Part shown: positions 27,057 through 36,287 of the stretch, one piece after another
Position numbering within the stretch: position 1 is the first letter of the stretch
Layout of the letters: the number at the start of each line of letters is the position of its first letter
Source: Actinomycetota bacterium
Lineage (GTDB): Bacteria; Actinomycetota; UBA4738; HRBIN12
Assembly (NCBI GenBank): GCA_035711865.1
Contig: DASTBT010000079.1
Span: 702 to 64,701 of the forward strand
Reading direction: 5' to 3'
DNA length: 64,000 nucleotides
Notes under the pieces: generated by a model
Database searches by the model: none
Told to the model about the DNA's origin: nothing
Seen by the model: the letters and a program-made list of their open reading frames with translations, nothing else
Made by a program: the position numbers and the translations under genes

Positions 27057-28697
27057 ATGAGTCGATCGAGGGTCGGGGCAGCCGGGCTCCTCCCGGTCGT
27101 CGCGGGGCTGATCGCGGTCGCGTGCACCAGCGGCGAGGCGACGCTCGCGCCGCCGCCGGCATCGTCGTCGGGTCCGCCGGCGTCGCCGAGCGCGTCGGTC
27201 GCGGCCGAGCCCGCCGACTCGGGATGGATCGAGCCGACCGACGTGCTGGGTGCGCCGGGACTCGTGAGCGATCCCGATCCCTCGCTCGCGCCTAAAGGCG
27301 TGGACCGCCGGCCGCTGCGTCGGCCGCCGGAGCTGCAGCCGTCCGCCGACCGCTCGCGGCCGTTCGATCCCGCCGCGGGCATCATGAACCTCGACCACTT
27401 GGTGTTCATCGTGATGGAGAATCGGTCGTTCGATCACTACTTCGGCACGTTCCCCGGGGCGGACGGCATCCCGATGGACGCGAACGGACGCCCGACGGTC
27501 TGCCTCACCGATCCCGAGCAACCGGGCACGTGCCATCGCCCCTACCACGACACGGGCTTCTTCGACCAGGGTGGTCCGCACGGCGAGGTCGGCAGCGCGG
27601 TGACGATCAACGGCGGGGAGATGGACGGCGCCGTCACCGCCCTGCGCACGATCGGCAACGGCTGCATGAAGCACCCCGACGAGGCGCCGTGCCCGCGGGC
27701 GGTCGACGGGCCGCAGGGCCAGCCCGACGTCATGGGCTACCACACGGCCGAAGAGCTCCCGATCTACTGGGAGTACGCGGAGACGTTCACGTTGCACGAC
27801 CGCATGTTCGCGCCGACCGACTCGTGGACCCTGCCGGCGCACCTGTTCATGATCTCGGCCTGGTCGGCCACCTGCTCCGATCTGAACAACCCGATGTCGT
27901 GCACCTCGGACCAGAAGTTTCCCGGCGGCGTCTGGGCCGACGAGCCCGCAGACATCTGGCTGCCGAAGATGGGGGAGCCTCGACCCTACGTGTGGGCGCC
28001 GATCACGTGGCTGCTCTACAAGGCGGGAGTGACCTGGGGCTACTACGTGGGCGAAGGCACGTGCGTGGCGCCGCCCTGCGAGCACCTCGAGGGCATCCTC
28101 ACGGCGCCGGTGCAGAACCCGCTGCCCGGGTTCACGGCGACGGCGGCGTCGGGACAGCTCGACAACATCAGGCCGAACACGGAGTTCCTGCGTGACGCTC
28201 GCAACGGCGACCTACCGAGCGTGTCGTGGTTCATGCCCGTGCAAGGCAGGAGCGAGCATCCACCGGACTCGGTCGAGGTAGGGCAGGCCTACGTGGCGAA
28301 GGCGATCAACGCGGTGATGGAGGGTCCCGAGGAGCAGTGGCTGCGCACGGCGATCTTCCTCACCTGGGACGACTGGGGCGGCTTCTACGATCACGTGCTG
28401 CCGCCGGTCGTCGACGAGAACGGCTGGGGGCTGCGGGTGCCGTCGATGGTGATCAGCCCGTGGGCGAAGCCCGGCTTCATCGACCACCAGACCCTCAGCT
28501 ACGACGCCTACCTGAAGCTCATCGAGGACCGGTTCCTCGGCGGTGAACGTCTCGATCCCGAGACCGACGGATGGCCGGACTCCCGTCCGACCGTGCGGGA
28601 AGAGGTGAAGGAGCTCGGCGACCTGGCGTCGGACTTCGACTTCACCCAGGAACCGTTACCACCGCTCGTGCTCGACCCCTGGCCATTGCGGGACTGA
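27057..28697 (+). CDS. Phosphoesterase family (phospholipase C / acid phosphatase, PF04185-like) lipoprotein, copy 1
   Basis: Signal peptide plus lipobox (LIAVAC), [14 protein letters not shown] and [12 protein letters not shown] blocks. Confidence 0.85.
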   Translation: MSRSRVGAAGLLPVVAGLIAVACTSGEATLAPPPASSSGPPASPSASVAAEPADSGWIEPTDVLGAPGLVSDPDPSLAPKGVDRRPLRRPPELQPSADRSRPFDPAAGIMNLDHLVFIVMENRSFDHYFGTFPGADGIPMDANGRPTVCLTDPEQPGTCHRPYHDTGFFDQGGPHGEVGSAVTINGGEMDGAVTALRTIGNGCMKHPDEAPCPRAVDGPQGQPDVMGYHTAEELPIYWEYAETFTLHDRMFAPTDSWTLPAHLFMISAWSATCSDLNNPMSCTSDQKFPGGVWADEPADIWLPKMGEPRPYVWAPITWLLYKAGVTWGYYVGEGTCVAPPCEHLEGILTAPVQNPLPGFTATAASGQLDNIRPNTEFLRDARNGDLPSVSWFMPVQGRSEHPPDSVEVGQAYVAKAINAVMEGPEEQWLRTAIFLTWDDWGGFYDHVLPPVVDENGWGLRVPSMVISPWAKPGFIDHQTLSYDAYLKLIEDRFLGGERLDPETDGWPDSRPTVREEVKELGDLASDFDFTQEPLPPLVLDPWPLRD

Positions 28698-28770
28698 GGG
28701 TCGGCATGGACGGGCCGATCTCGGCGCGTAACGGGGTCGGGGAGCCCGACCGGGCTACGATTCCCGCACC

Positions 28771-30408
28771 ATGGCCCGAGCCAACGTCGCGCGATCGGCC
28801 CGACTTCGGCTCACGGCGTCGCTCGTCTGCGCCGGCCTGGTGGCCGCGGCCTGCGTGACCTCGAGCGCGGGTCCTTCCCCCGAGCCCGACGACGGAGCGG
28901 CGCGCTCATCGCCGCCCGCCTCGCCGGCGCTGCGACCCGCCGGTGAGCTGCCGCTGCCGTTCCTGGTGCCCGATCGTTTCCCGATCGCGCCGGAGCGGGC
29001 GCCGTTCGGCGTCGATCTCCGACCGCTGCGATCCCCACCGTCGCCCGAACCGGTCGCGGACCCCTTCCGGCCGTTCGACCCGGCGGCCGGGATCATGAAC
29101 CTCGACCATCTGGTCTTCGTCGTGCAGGAGAACCGGTCGTTCGACCACTACTTCGGCACGTTTCCCGGTGCCGACGGCATCCCGATGGACGAGCGGGGGG
29201 AGCCGACGATCTGCGCCCCCGAGCCGGGGCGGGAGATCTGTCACCGCCCGTATCACGACCGCAACGTCTTCGACGCCGGGGGTCCGCACGGGGAGCTCGC
29301 CTCGGCCGTCTCCATCGCCGACGGCCGCATGAACGGGTTCGTGCGAGCGCTGCGGATCAAGGGAAACGGATGCGAGAAGGATCCGACCGTGCCGCCGTGC
29401 CCGAGGACGAGCTCGGGGCCCGACGGAGCCCGAACGCCCGACGTCATGGGCTACCACACCGCCCGGGAGATCCCGAACTACTGGGCGTATGCCCGAGCCT
29501 ACACCCTCCACGACCGGATGTTCGCCCCGACCGATTCCTGGACGTTGCCCGCCCACCTGTTCCTGGTCTCCGCGTGGTCGGCCAAGTGCCGTGTGCCCGA
29601 CGACCCGATGGCGTGCGTGTCCTTCCAACGGAACCCGGGACGGCGGCCCGGGCTCCAGACGAGGAACTGGACGCCCGACGCCGGAGAGCCGCTCCCGTAC
29701 ATCTGGGCGGACATCACGTGGCTGCTCTACAAGGCCGGCGTCTCGTGGGGCTACTTCGTCGGGCCGGGCAGCTGCGTCGTGGCTCCCTGCGAGGACTTCG
29801 AGGCCACCGAGACGCGGGCGGTGCAGAATCCGCTCCCGGGGTTCCGCACGGTCGATGTGACCGGGCAGCTCGACAACGTGTTGCCGAACACGGACTTCTT
29901 CGAGGCGGCCCGAGACGGTACGCTGCCGAGCGTCTCGTGGGTGATGCCGACGGAAGGGCTCGCCGAGCACCCGCCCCACTCGATCGCCGACGGCCAGGCG
30001 TGGGTGACCCAGGTGGTCAACGCGGTGATGCAGGGCCCGCAAGAGCAGTGGCTGCGCACGGCGATCTTCGTGACGTGGGACGACTGGGGTGGCTTCTACG
30101 ATCACGTGCTGCCTCCCGTGATCGACGAGAACGGCTGGGGCTTGCGGGTTCCCTCGTTCGTGATCAGTCCCTGGGCGAGGCCGGGCTTCATCGACCACCA
30201 GACGCTCAGCTTCGATGCCTACCTCAAGCTGATCGAGGATCGGTTCCTCGGTGGTGAACGCCTCGACCCCGAGACCGACGGGTGGCCCGACGCCCGCCCG
30301 ACGGTCCGCGAGGAGGTCGAGGACCTGGGCGATCTCGCCGGCAACTTCGACTTCACGCAGCAGCCCCTGCCGCCGCTGGTGCTCGACCCCGACCCGGGTG
30401 AGGGCTGA
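28771..30408 (+). CDS. Phosphoesterase family lipoprotein, copy 2 (tandem paralog)
   Basis: Signal peptide plus lipobox (LVAAAC). Collinear with copy 1, with long identical blocks ([64 protein letters not shown]). Confidence 0.85.
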   Translation: MARANVARSARLRLTASLVCAGLVAAACVTSSAGPSPEPDDGAARSSPPASPALRPAGELPLPFLVPDRFPIAPERAPFGVDLRPLRSPPSPEPVADPFRPFDPAAGIMNLDHLVFVVQENRSFDHYFGTFPGADGIPMDERGEPTICAPEPGREICHRPYHDRNVFDAGGPHGELASAVSIADGRMNGFVRALRIKGNGCEKDPTVPPCPRTSSGPDGARTPDVMGYHTAREIPNYWAYARAYTLHDRMFAPTDSWTLPAHLFLVSAWSAKCRVPDDPMACVSFQRNPGRRPGLQTRNWTPDAGEPLPYIWADITWLLYKAGVSWGYFVGPGSCVVAPCEDFEATETRAVQNPLPGFRTVDVTGQLDNVLPNTDFFEAARDGTLPSVSWVMPTEGLAEHPPHSIADGQAWVTQVVNAVMQGPQEQWLRTAIFVTWDDWGGFYDHVLPPVIDENGWGLRVPSFVISPWARPGFIDHQTLSFDAYLKLIEDRFLGGERLDPETDGWPDARPTVREEVEDLGDLAGNFDFTQQPLPPLVLDPDPGEG

Positions 30409-30424
30409 CGTGAGGATCGATCTG

Positions 30425-30495
30425 CTGGGGCGCAAGGATTCGAACCTCGACTAACAGGGCCAGAACCTGTCGTGCTGCCGTTACACCACGCCCCA
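30425..30495 (-). tRNA. tRNA-Gln (anticodon CTG)
   Basis: Hand-folded: acceptor TGGGGCG/CGCCCCA, anticodon stem ACAGG/CCTGT with loop TTCTGGC, T arm CGAGG-TTCGAAT-CCTTG, discriminator G. No encoded CCA. Confidence 0.9.
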
Positions 30496-30594
30496 GGGTG
30501 GTCACGGCATGCTATCAAGCGGCCGCGTATCGACCGGGAGGAGGGTCGTCCGGCCACGCGGTTTGCGGCGCAAGCCCGCTGGGCGGCGAGGGGT

Positions 30595-30624
30595 TTGACC
30601 CGTGAGGGTCGAGGGGAATACGGT
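30595..30624 (+). promoter_or_regulatory. Candidate sigma-70-type promoter of the HU gene
   Basis: TTGACC (30595-30600), an 18-nt spacer, then TACGGT (TANNNT, 30619-30624), about 40 nt upstream of the hup ATG. Confidence 0.35.
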
Positions 30625-30663
30625 GTCACGTCAGGAAACCCTTGCCCGACGGAGGGAGCTGCC

Positions 30664-30954
30664 ATGAACAAGGGTGGATTGGTCGCAGAGGTCTCCAAGC
30701 GCACCGGCCTGTCGAAGGCCGATGCCGGCCGGGCGATCGACGCAGCGATCGATTCGATCCGGGACTCGGTCGTGCGGGGGGAACGGGTCACCCTGGCCGA
30801 CTTCGGCACCTTCGAGCGGAAGCATCGCAACGAACGGATCGCCCGGAACCCGCGCCAGCCGCAGACCCCGATCGTGGTCCCGGCGCGCGACCTTCCGGCG
30901 TTCACCCCCGGCAAGGAGTTCCGCGAGCAGGTGGTGACGACCTCGCAGGTCTGA
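30664..30954 (+). CDS. hup: HU family DNA-binding protein
   Basis: MNKGGLVAEVSKRTGLSKADAGRAIDA...FGTFERKHRNERIARNPRQPQTPIVVPARDLPAFTPGKEF. SD GGAGGGAG precedes the start. Confidence 0.92.
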   Translation: MNKGGLVAEVSKRTGLSKADAGRAIDAAIDSIRDSVVRGERVTLADFGTFERKHRNERIARNPRQPQTPIVVPARDLPAFTPGKEFREQVVTTSQV

Positions 30955-31007
30955 GCGGCCGGACCGCGCGCGGCCGATCTGTCGCCTCGCCGTTCCGCCG
31001 CCGGGCG

Positions 31008-31217
31008 CTAGTCGAACGTGACGAGGTGCAAGCCTCGCGCCACCGGGGCACCGTCGGCCTCGGCCAGCTCGAACGAGACCCGCTGACCCAGCCGCAGCGT
31101 CAGGATGCCCGACCGTTCGAGCGACGTGCGGTCGATCGCCACCTCGGTCCGATCGTCCATCAGCACCGAGCCGGTCACGCCCGCCGCGTCGAACTGCTTG
31201 ATCGTGCCTTGCGCCAT
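31008..31217 (-). CDS. Small OB-fold / cold-shock-domain-like protein (hypothetical)
   Basis: MAQGTIKQFDAAGVTGSVLMDD... loosely resembles the CSD N-terminus but lacks the RNP motifs. Compact 69-aa ORF. Confidence 0.55.
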   Translation of the reverse strand: MAQGTIKQFDAAGVTGSVLMDDRTEVAIDRTSLERSGILTLRLGQRVSFELAEADGAPVARGLHLVTFD

Positions 31218-31230
31218 CGGTCGTCTCCTC

Positions 31231-31884
31231 CTAGGTCCGGCTGGCGACCCGCGCCCCGAGGTCGAGGTCGCGGCAGACCTGCAGCGTGCGACCCTCGTGG
31301 CCGGAGTCGAGCACCGTGAGGATATCGCCCGGCAGGTCCAGGTCGAAGGCCAGCTCCGGCGCGCTCACGACGGCGGTCGGCACGTCCGCCTCGGCCGCCC
31401 CCTGCAGGTGGCGACGGTAGGAATCGTGCCCGAACCGCGCCTCGATCGCCCCCGGGGGCCGGCGGAGCAGCAGGTTCGTGCCTCCCTCGTCCGCCGACGG
31501 TGCAACGACCACGGCGCCGAGGGTGCGGAGCGCCTGGGTCAGGGCGGCGTGCGTCACGAGCGGCGTGTCGGGAAGCAGCACCGCCAGGCTCTCGACGTTC
31601 CTGCCGTCGGCTTCCTCGCCCACCTGGCGGATCGCGGCGCCGAGCGGCGGCCGATCCTCCTCGATCGCATGAACCCCGCGCGACATCGCGACCTCGAGCA
31701 CGGTCTCGTCCGGCGAGATCACCCAGGTCTCCCACCCGGTCGCCTCGAGGGTGACGTCGAGGACGTCCTCGAGCATGGCGAGCGTGAGCGCACCGCGTTC
31801 CAGCGGCGACAGCACGGGTTCCAGGCGCGACTTCGTCTCGGCCAGCGACTTCACGGGAAGGGCGATCACGCGCACGGCAGGCAA
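31231..31884 (-). CDS. cofC: 2-phospho-L-lactate/PEP guanylyltransferase (F420 biosynthesis)
   Basis: VIALPVKSLAETKSRL, VVISPD and GGTNLL blocks typical of CofC/FbiD. Sits next to hup, as fbiD does in mycobacteria. TTG start uncertain. Confidence 0.75.
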   Translation of the reverse strand: MPAVRVIALPVKSLAETKSRLEPVLSPLERGALTLAMLEDVLDVTLEATGWETWVISPDETVLEVAMSRGVHAIEEDRPPLGAAIRQVGEEADGRNVESLAVLLPDTPLVTHAALTQALRTLGAVVVAPSADEGGTNLLLRRPPGAIEARFGHDSYRRHLQGAAEADVPTAVVSAPELAFDLDLPGDILTVLDSGHEGRTLQVCRDLDLGARVASRT

Positions 31885-31964
31885 GCCTAGCTGCTGTCCT
31901 GCCGTCGTCGCTCGCCACGGGGCGATAGGCTCGCGGCTGCCGGAGCCACCGAAGGAGGGCGACG

Positions 31965-32642
31965 CTGGCCGAACCGTGGTACTACGTCGCGAAGGGCGTC
32001 GCGATCCAGCCGGTGCGAGCGTGGTTCAGCCTCCGGTACGAGGGGCTCGAGCACATCCCGAGCGCCGGTCCGGCGATCGTGGCGTGCAACCACATCTCCT
32101 ACCTCGACCCCCTCACGAACGCGGCGGCGATCTGCAAGGCCGGCCGACGTCCCCGGTTCATGGCGAAGAGCGACCTGTTCCGGATCCCCGTCGTCGGCTC
32201 GGCGCTGCGCGGTGTGCGGCAGATCCCGGTCGAACGCGGCAGCGGCCCGACCAGCGCGCTGCTGTCGGCCGAAGGCGCGATCGACGAAGGAGAGGTGGTG
32301 GTGATCTACCCCGAGGGCACCGTGACGACGCGCCCCGACCACCTGCCGATGCGCGGCCGGTCGGGGGCGGTTCGACTGTCCCTGGCCACCGGCGTGCCGA
32401 TCACGCCGCTCGCGAGCTGGGGCTCGCAGGCGGTGTGGCAGAAGTCCGGCAGGGGAAGCCTCAAGCTCGGCCGCCCGGTCTCGATGCGAGTGGGTCCACC
32501 GGTCGAGCTCTCCGATCGGCGATCGGGCGCGGGGAACGTCGAGGCCCTCCGGGCGATGACCGACGAGGTGATGGCCGTGCTGACCACGATGGTCGAGGAG
32601 CTCCGGGCAGCCTATCCGCGGCGCTGGTCCGACGAGGGGTAG
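31965..32642 (+). CDS. plsC: 1-acyl-sn-glycerol-3-phosphate acyltransferase family protein (probable CTG start)
   Basis: NHISYLDP (HX4D) and IYPEGT motifs. The frame opens after TAG 31926-31928. The conserved-looking N-terminus AEPWYYVAKGVAIQP lies upstream of the first GTG (32013). GAAGGAGGG lies 5-6 nt before CTG 31965. Confidence 0.75.
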   Translation: MAEPWYYVAKGVAIQPVRAWFSLRYEGLEHIPSAGPAIVACNHISYLDPLTNAAAICKAGRRPRFMAKSDLFRIPVVGSALRGVRQIPVERGSGPTSALLSAEGAIDEGEVVVIYPEGTVTTRPDHLPMRGRSGAVRLSLATGVPITPLASWGSQAVWQKSGRGSLKLGRPVSMRVGPPVELSDRRSGAGNVEALRAMTDEVMAVLTTMVEELRAAYPRRWSDEG

Positions 32643-32653
32643 GCTCGGACATC

Positions 32654-33832
32654 ATGGCTCGCGACCGAGGATTCGCCACGAGGGCGATACACGGCACCCC
32701 GCCGGTGGTGGAGCAACAGACCCCGAGCGTACCCCTCTACCAGACCTCGACGTTCCGGTTCCCGGACTCGGAGACGTACGCCGAGACCATCGCGTTCCGT
32801 GCGCCCGGGTACACCTATACACGCGGGTACGGGAACCCGACGGTGTCCGCGTTCGAGGACCAGATGGCCTCGCTCGAGGGCACGGAGGCGGCGTTCGGCT
32901 TCGCGTCGGGCATGTCGGGGATCCACTCGGTGCTCGCCGCGCACGCCGGAGCCGGCGATCGGGTGGTGATGAGCAGAGAGCTGTACGGCGGCACCTACGC
33001 GCTCGCTACCCGGGTGCTGCCGCGCAACGGGGTCGAGGTGACGCTCGTCGATCCCCACGATGTCGACGCGGTCAGCGATGCCTTGCCGGGAGCGACCCTG
33101 TTCCACGTGGAGACGATCGCGAACCCCAACGTGACCGTGGCCGACCTCGAGGCGCTCGGCCGGGCCTGCAGGCAGGCGGGCGTGACCGCCTCGGTCGACA
33201 ACACGTTCGCCTCTCCCTACCTCTGCACGCCCGCCCGATTCGGGTTCGACTACGTCTGCCACTCGGCCACGAAGTACCTCGGCGGGCATCACGACCTGAT
33301 CGCGGGCGTCGTGTGCACGAGCGCGCGAGGGCGGGAGCGGCTGCGTGACGTCGCGATCGACACCGGCGCCACGATGGCGCCGTTCGAGGCGTGGCTCTGC
33401 CTTCGGGGGCTGATGACGCTCTCGCTGCGCATGGACCGTCACTCGTCGAGCGCGATGTCGCTGGCGAGGGCGGTCGAGGGGCACCCCAAGGTCGAGCGCG
33501 TGCGGTATCCGGGTCTCGCGTCGCACCCGCACCACGACGTCGCGGCGCAGCAGTTCGCACGTGGCTGCGGGGGCATGCTGGCGGTCGAGGTCGCGGGCGG
33601 CGTCGAGGGAGGGCGGCGATTCTGCGACGCCCTCGAGCTCGCCTGGGTGGCCACGAGCCTCGGGGGCACCCACACGCTGGTGGGCCATGCCGCCTCGACG
33701 ACCCACCGGCAGATGGATCCGGAAGCTCGCCGGGCTGCAGGTATCGCCGACGGGCTGGTCCGGATCAGCGTCGGCATCGAGGACGTCGACGACATCGTCG
33801 ACGACGTCGAGCAGGCGCTGGAGAAGGTGTGA
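32654..33832 (+). CDS. PLP-dependent Cys/Met metabolism enzyme (cystathionine gamma-synthase / gamma-lyase / methionine gamma-lyase family)
   Basis: TRAIHG, YTRGYGNPT, SATKYLGGHHD (PLP-Lys) and VRISVGIED blocks. Confidence 0.85.
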   Translation: MARDRGFATRAIHGTPPVVEQQTPSVPLYQTSTFRFPDSETYAETIAFRAPGYTYTRGYGNPTVSAFEDQMASLEGTEAAFGFASGMSGIHSVLAAHAGAGDRVVMSRELYGGTYALATRVLPRNGVEVTLVDPHDVDAVSDALPGATLFHVETIANPNVTVADLEALGRACRQAGVTASVDNTFASPYLCTPARFGFDYVCHSATKYLGGHHDLIAGVVCTSARGRERLRDVAIDTGATMAPFEAWLCLRGLMTLSLRMDRHSSSAMSLARAVEGHPKVERVRYPGLASHPHHDVAAQQFARGCGGMLAVEVAGGVEGGRRFCDALELAWVATSLGGTHTLVGHAASTTHRQMDPEARRAAGIADGLVRISVGIEDVDDIVDDVEQALEKV

Positions 33833-34959
33833 CCGAGCGACGTCGCATCGCCGTGGTGTTCGGGGGGCGATCCGCAGAGCACGAGATCAGCTGCATCTCG
33901 GCCCGCTCGGTCATCGAGGCCCTCGATCCGGAGCGGTTCGAGATCTTCCCGGTCGGCATCACGAAGGAGGGAACCTGGCATCTGATGTCCGGACCTCCGG
34001 CGCTGCCGTCGGAGACCGGGCGTATGCCGGAGGTCACCCCCGGGGCCGGCGCGGGGGCGCGGGTCGCGCTCGGGGGTGAGGCCGCCTCGCGCGAGCTGGT
34101 GATCGCCGACGGAGGCCGTGCGCCGATCGACGTGGTGCTGCCCGTGCTGCACGGCCCCATGGGGGAGGACGGCGCCGTGCAGGGCATGTTCGAGCTCGCC
34201 GACGTGCCCTACGTGGGCGCCGGGGTGCTGGGGTCGGCGATCGGCATGGACAAGTCGATCCAGAAGGTGCTGTTCGCGGCCGCCGGCCTGCCCGTGGGTC
34301 CGTGGGAGCCGGTACGAGAGCTCGAGTGGTCGGAGGATCCGGAGGGAGTCGCCGCACGGATCGAGGCGCTCGGACTGCCGGTGTTCACGAAGCCGGCGAC
34401 GCTCGGATCGTCGGTGGGCATCTCACGGGTGCACGACCTCGCCGGACTCGACGCCGCGATGGCCGAGGCCTTCCGGTACGCGCGGAAGGCCGTGGTGGAA
34501 CACGGCTTCGAGGACGTGCGTGAGATCGAATGCGCGGTGCTCGGCAACGACGAACCCGTCGCCTCGGTGTGCGGGGAGGTCACGCCGATCGGGCACGAGT
34601 TCTACGACTACACCTCGAAGTACCTCGATGTGGACGGCGCCCGGCTCGACGTGCCGGCCCGCATCGACGACGCGGTGGCGGCCCGGATCCAGCGGATGGC
34701 CGTCGTCGCCTTCCAGGCCACGGAGTGCCGGGGCATGGCTCGGGTGGACTTCTTCCTGCGGGGTGAGGAGCTGTTCGTGAACGAGATCAACACGATCCCC
34801 GGATTCACCGAGATCAGCATGTACCCCAAGCTCTGGGAAGCCAGCGGCGTGGCCTACGGCGAGCTGGTCGAGCGGTTGATCGACCTGGCGCAGGAGCGAT
34901 TCGAGGCCGAGCGCAGCAAGCTCACGGTCGCTCCCGAGCTCGAGCCGCCGCCGGGCTGA
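33829..34959 (+). CDS. ddl: D-alanine--D-alanine ligase
   Basis: IAVVFGGRSAEHEIS, LHGPMGEDGAVQG, GSSVGISRV and NEINTIPGFT blocks. GTG 33829 overlaps the upstream stop. Confidence 0.92.
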   Translation: MTERRRIAVVFGGRSAEHEISCISARSVIEALDPERFEIFPVGITKEGTWHLMSGPPALPSETGRMPEVTPGAGAGARVALGGEAASRELVIADGGRAPIDVVLPVLHGPMGEDGAVQGMFELADVPYVGAGVLGSAIGMDKSIQKVLFAAAGLPVGPWEPVRELEWSEDPEGVAARIEALGLPVFTKPATLGSSVGISRVHDLAGLDAAMAEAFRYARKAVVEHGFEDVREIECAVLGNDEPVASVCGEVTPIGHEFYDYTSKYLDVDGARLDVPARIDDAVAARIQRMAVVAFQATECRGMARVDFFLRGEELFVNEINTIPGFTEISMYPKLWEASGVAYGELVERLIDLAQERFEAERSKLTVAPELEPPPG

Positions 34960-34987
34960 GGGAGTCGGCCGGGTCCGCCCGACGGCG

Positions 34988-35221
34988 CTACAGGTGCACG
35001 ACCGGGCAGGTCAGCGTGCGAGTGATGCCGTCGACCGCCTGGATCCGGGCCACGACGAGCTTGCCGAGGTCGTCGACGGTCTTCGCCTCTCCGCGCACGA
35101 TGACGTCGTAGGGACCCGTGACGTCTTCGGCTTCTGCGACGCCGGCGATCGCCCGCACCGCGTCTGCGACGGCGGCGGCCTTGCCCACCTCTGTCTGGAT
35201 GAGGATGTACGCGTGGACCAC
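34988..35221 (-). CDS. Lrp/AsnC ligand-binding-domain-only small protein
   Basis: 77-aa VVHAYILIQTEVGKAAAVADAVRAIAGVAEAEDVTGPYDVIV pattern (ACT-like RAM domain). GTG 35221 follows GGAAGGAA. Confidence 0.7.
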   Translation of the reverse strand: MVHAYILIQTEVGKAAAVADAVRAIAGVAEAEDVTGPYDVIVRGEAKTVDDLGKLVVARIQAVDGITRTLTCPVVHL

Positions 35222-35297
35222 GGGGTTCCTTCCGTTCGCTTGGGGAGCTGATGCTAGCCGTGGACGCGTGGGGCGCGCAACGCGCATGCTGCTGTGA

Positions 35298-35942
35298 GTG
35301 TTCCGGGATCGGGTGGAGGCGGGCCGCAGGCTGGCGGCCGAGCTCGTTGGCTCGGTCGAGCCGCCGGTCGTGGTACTCGGGGTGGCGCGCGGTGGTGTGA
35401 TCGTCGCGGCCGAGGTCGCCCGAGAGCTCGCCGCACCCCTCGATGTCGTGATCCCCAGGAAGCTCGGCGCGCCCGGCAACCCCGAGCTCGGCATCGGAGC
35501 GGTCGCCCCCGGGGTTCGGGTCGTCGACAGCGTCGGCGCGCGCATGTTGGGGGTCGACGACGCCTACATCGAGGCCGAGGCGAGACGGCAGGAAGCCGAG
35601 ATCGAGCGGCGCACGGCTGCGTACCGACAGGGGAAGTCGCCGGTGGACCTCCACGGTGCCACTGCGGTGGTCGTCGACGACGGGGTGGCCACGGGAGTGA
35701 CCGCGGTCGCGGCGCTGCGGTGGGCCCGATCGCAGGGTCCGGCGTCGGTGGTCTTCGCGGCGCCGGTCGGTCCGCAGGGCATCGAGCGCCGGCTGGCGAA
35801 CGAATGCGACCGCTGCGTGGTGTTGCTCACACCGAGTGACCTCCGGGCGGTGGGCCGTTGGTACGAACGCTTCGAACAGACCACCGACGCTCAGGTCGGC
35901 GAGGCCCTTCGCGCCGCCGCCGAGGAGCGCGGCACCCCGTGA
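35298..35942 (+). CDS. Phosphoribosyltransferase family protein
   Basis: MFRDRVEAGRRLA start and the VVVDDGVATGVT PRPP-binding motif. Confidence 0.8.
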   Translation: MFRDRVEAGRRLAAELVGSVEPPVVVLGVARGGVIVAAEVARELAAPLDVVIPRKLGAPGNPELGIGAVAPGVRVVDSVGARMLGVDDAYIEAEARRQEAEIERRTAAYRQGKSPVDLHGATAVVVDDGVATGVTAVAALRWARSQGPASVVFAAPVGPQGIERRLANECDRCVVLLTPSDLRAVGRWYERFEQTTDAQVGEALRAAAEERGTP

Positions 35943-36256
35943 CCGCGGTCGAGATCGTGGTGGCCGTGATCTTCGCGGGGCTCGGCGTGCGGTCGCTCGT
36001 GTACTGGGTGCGCACGCCGTACGAGAGCACCAGGGCGTCGGACCTCGCGCTGTACGCGTTGTTCGTGACCGGCCGGGCCGGCATGTGGTTCGTGCTGGCC
36101 ACCGCGTTCACCCTCTACGCGCTCACCGATACGCGGGGTCGGGCGTTCATCGACGACGTCGGTGAGTACCGGTGGCTGTACCTCGTGTTCCTTGCCCTGG
36201 GCGCCCTGCAGTTCGCGACCGCGTACTTCCTCGGGCGGCGCGCCGGGGGGCGTTGA
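35939..36256 (+). CDS. Hypothetical membrane protein (3 predicted TM helices)
   Basis: GTG 35939 overlaps the upstream stop (GTGA). Hydrophobic helices IVVAVIFAGLGV, MWFVLATAFTLYAL and WLYLVFLALGALQF. Confidence 0.5.
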   Translation: MTAVEIVVAVIFAGLGVRSLVYWVRTPYESTRASDLALYALFVTGRAGMWFVLATAFTLYALTDTRGRAFIDDVGEYRWLYLVFLALGALQFATAYFLGRRAGGR

Positions 36257-36287
36257 CCCTTCCCGGGGGCCCGCTCGGCAAGACCGC

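Noticed and set aside
25208-27295. 695-aa plus-strand ORF
   Set aside because: Antisense shadow of icd and its upstream region. It has a repetitive G/R/D/V/H composition, while the opposite strand carries unmistakable ICDH motifs.
31751-32653. N-terminal 300 aa of ORF 31751..33832 (would make a 693-aa protein)
   Set aside because: This segment overlaps plsC out of frame and the cofC start on the opposite strand, and it is Arg/Gly/Pro-rich. The PLP-enzyme homology begins at ATG 32654.
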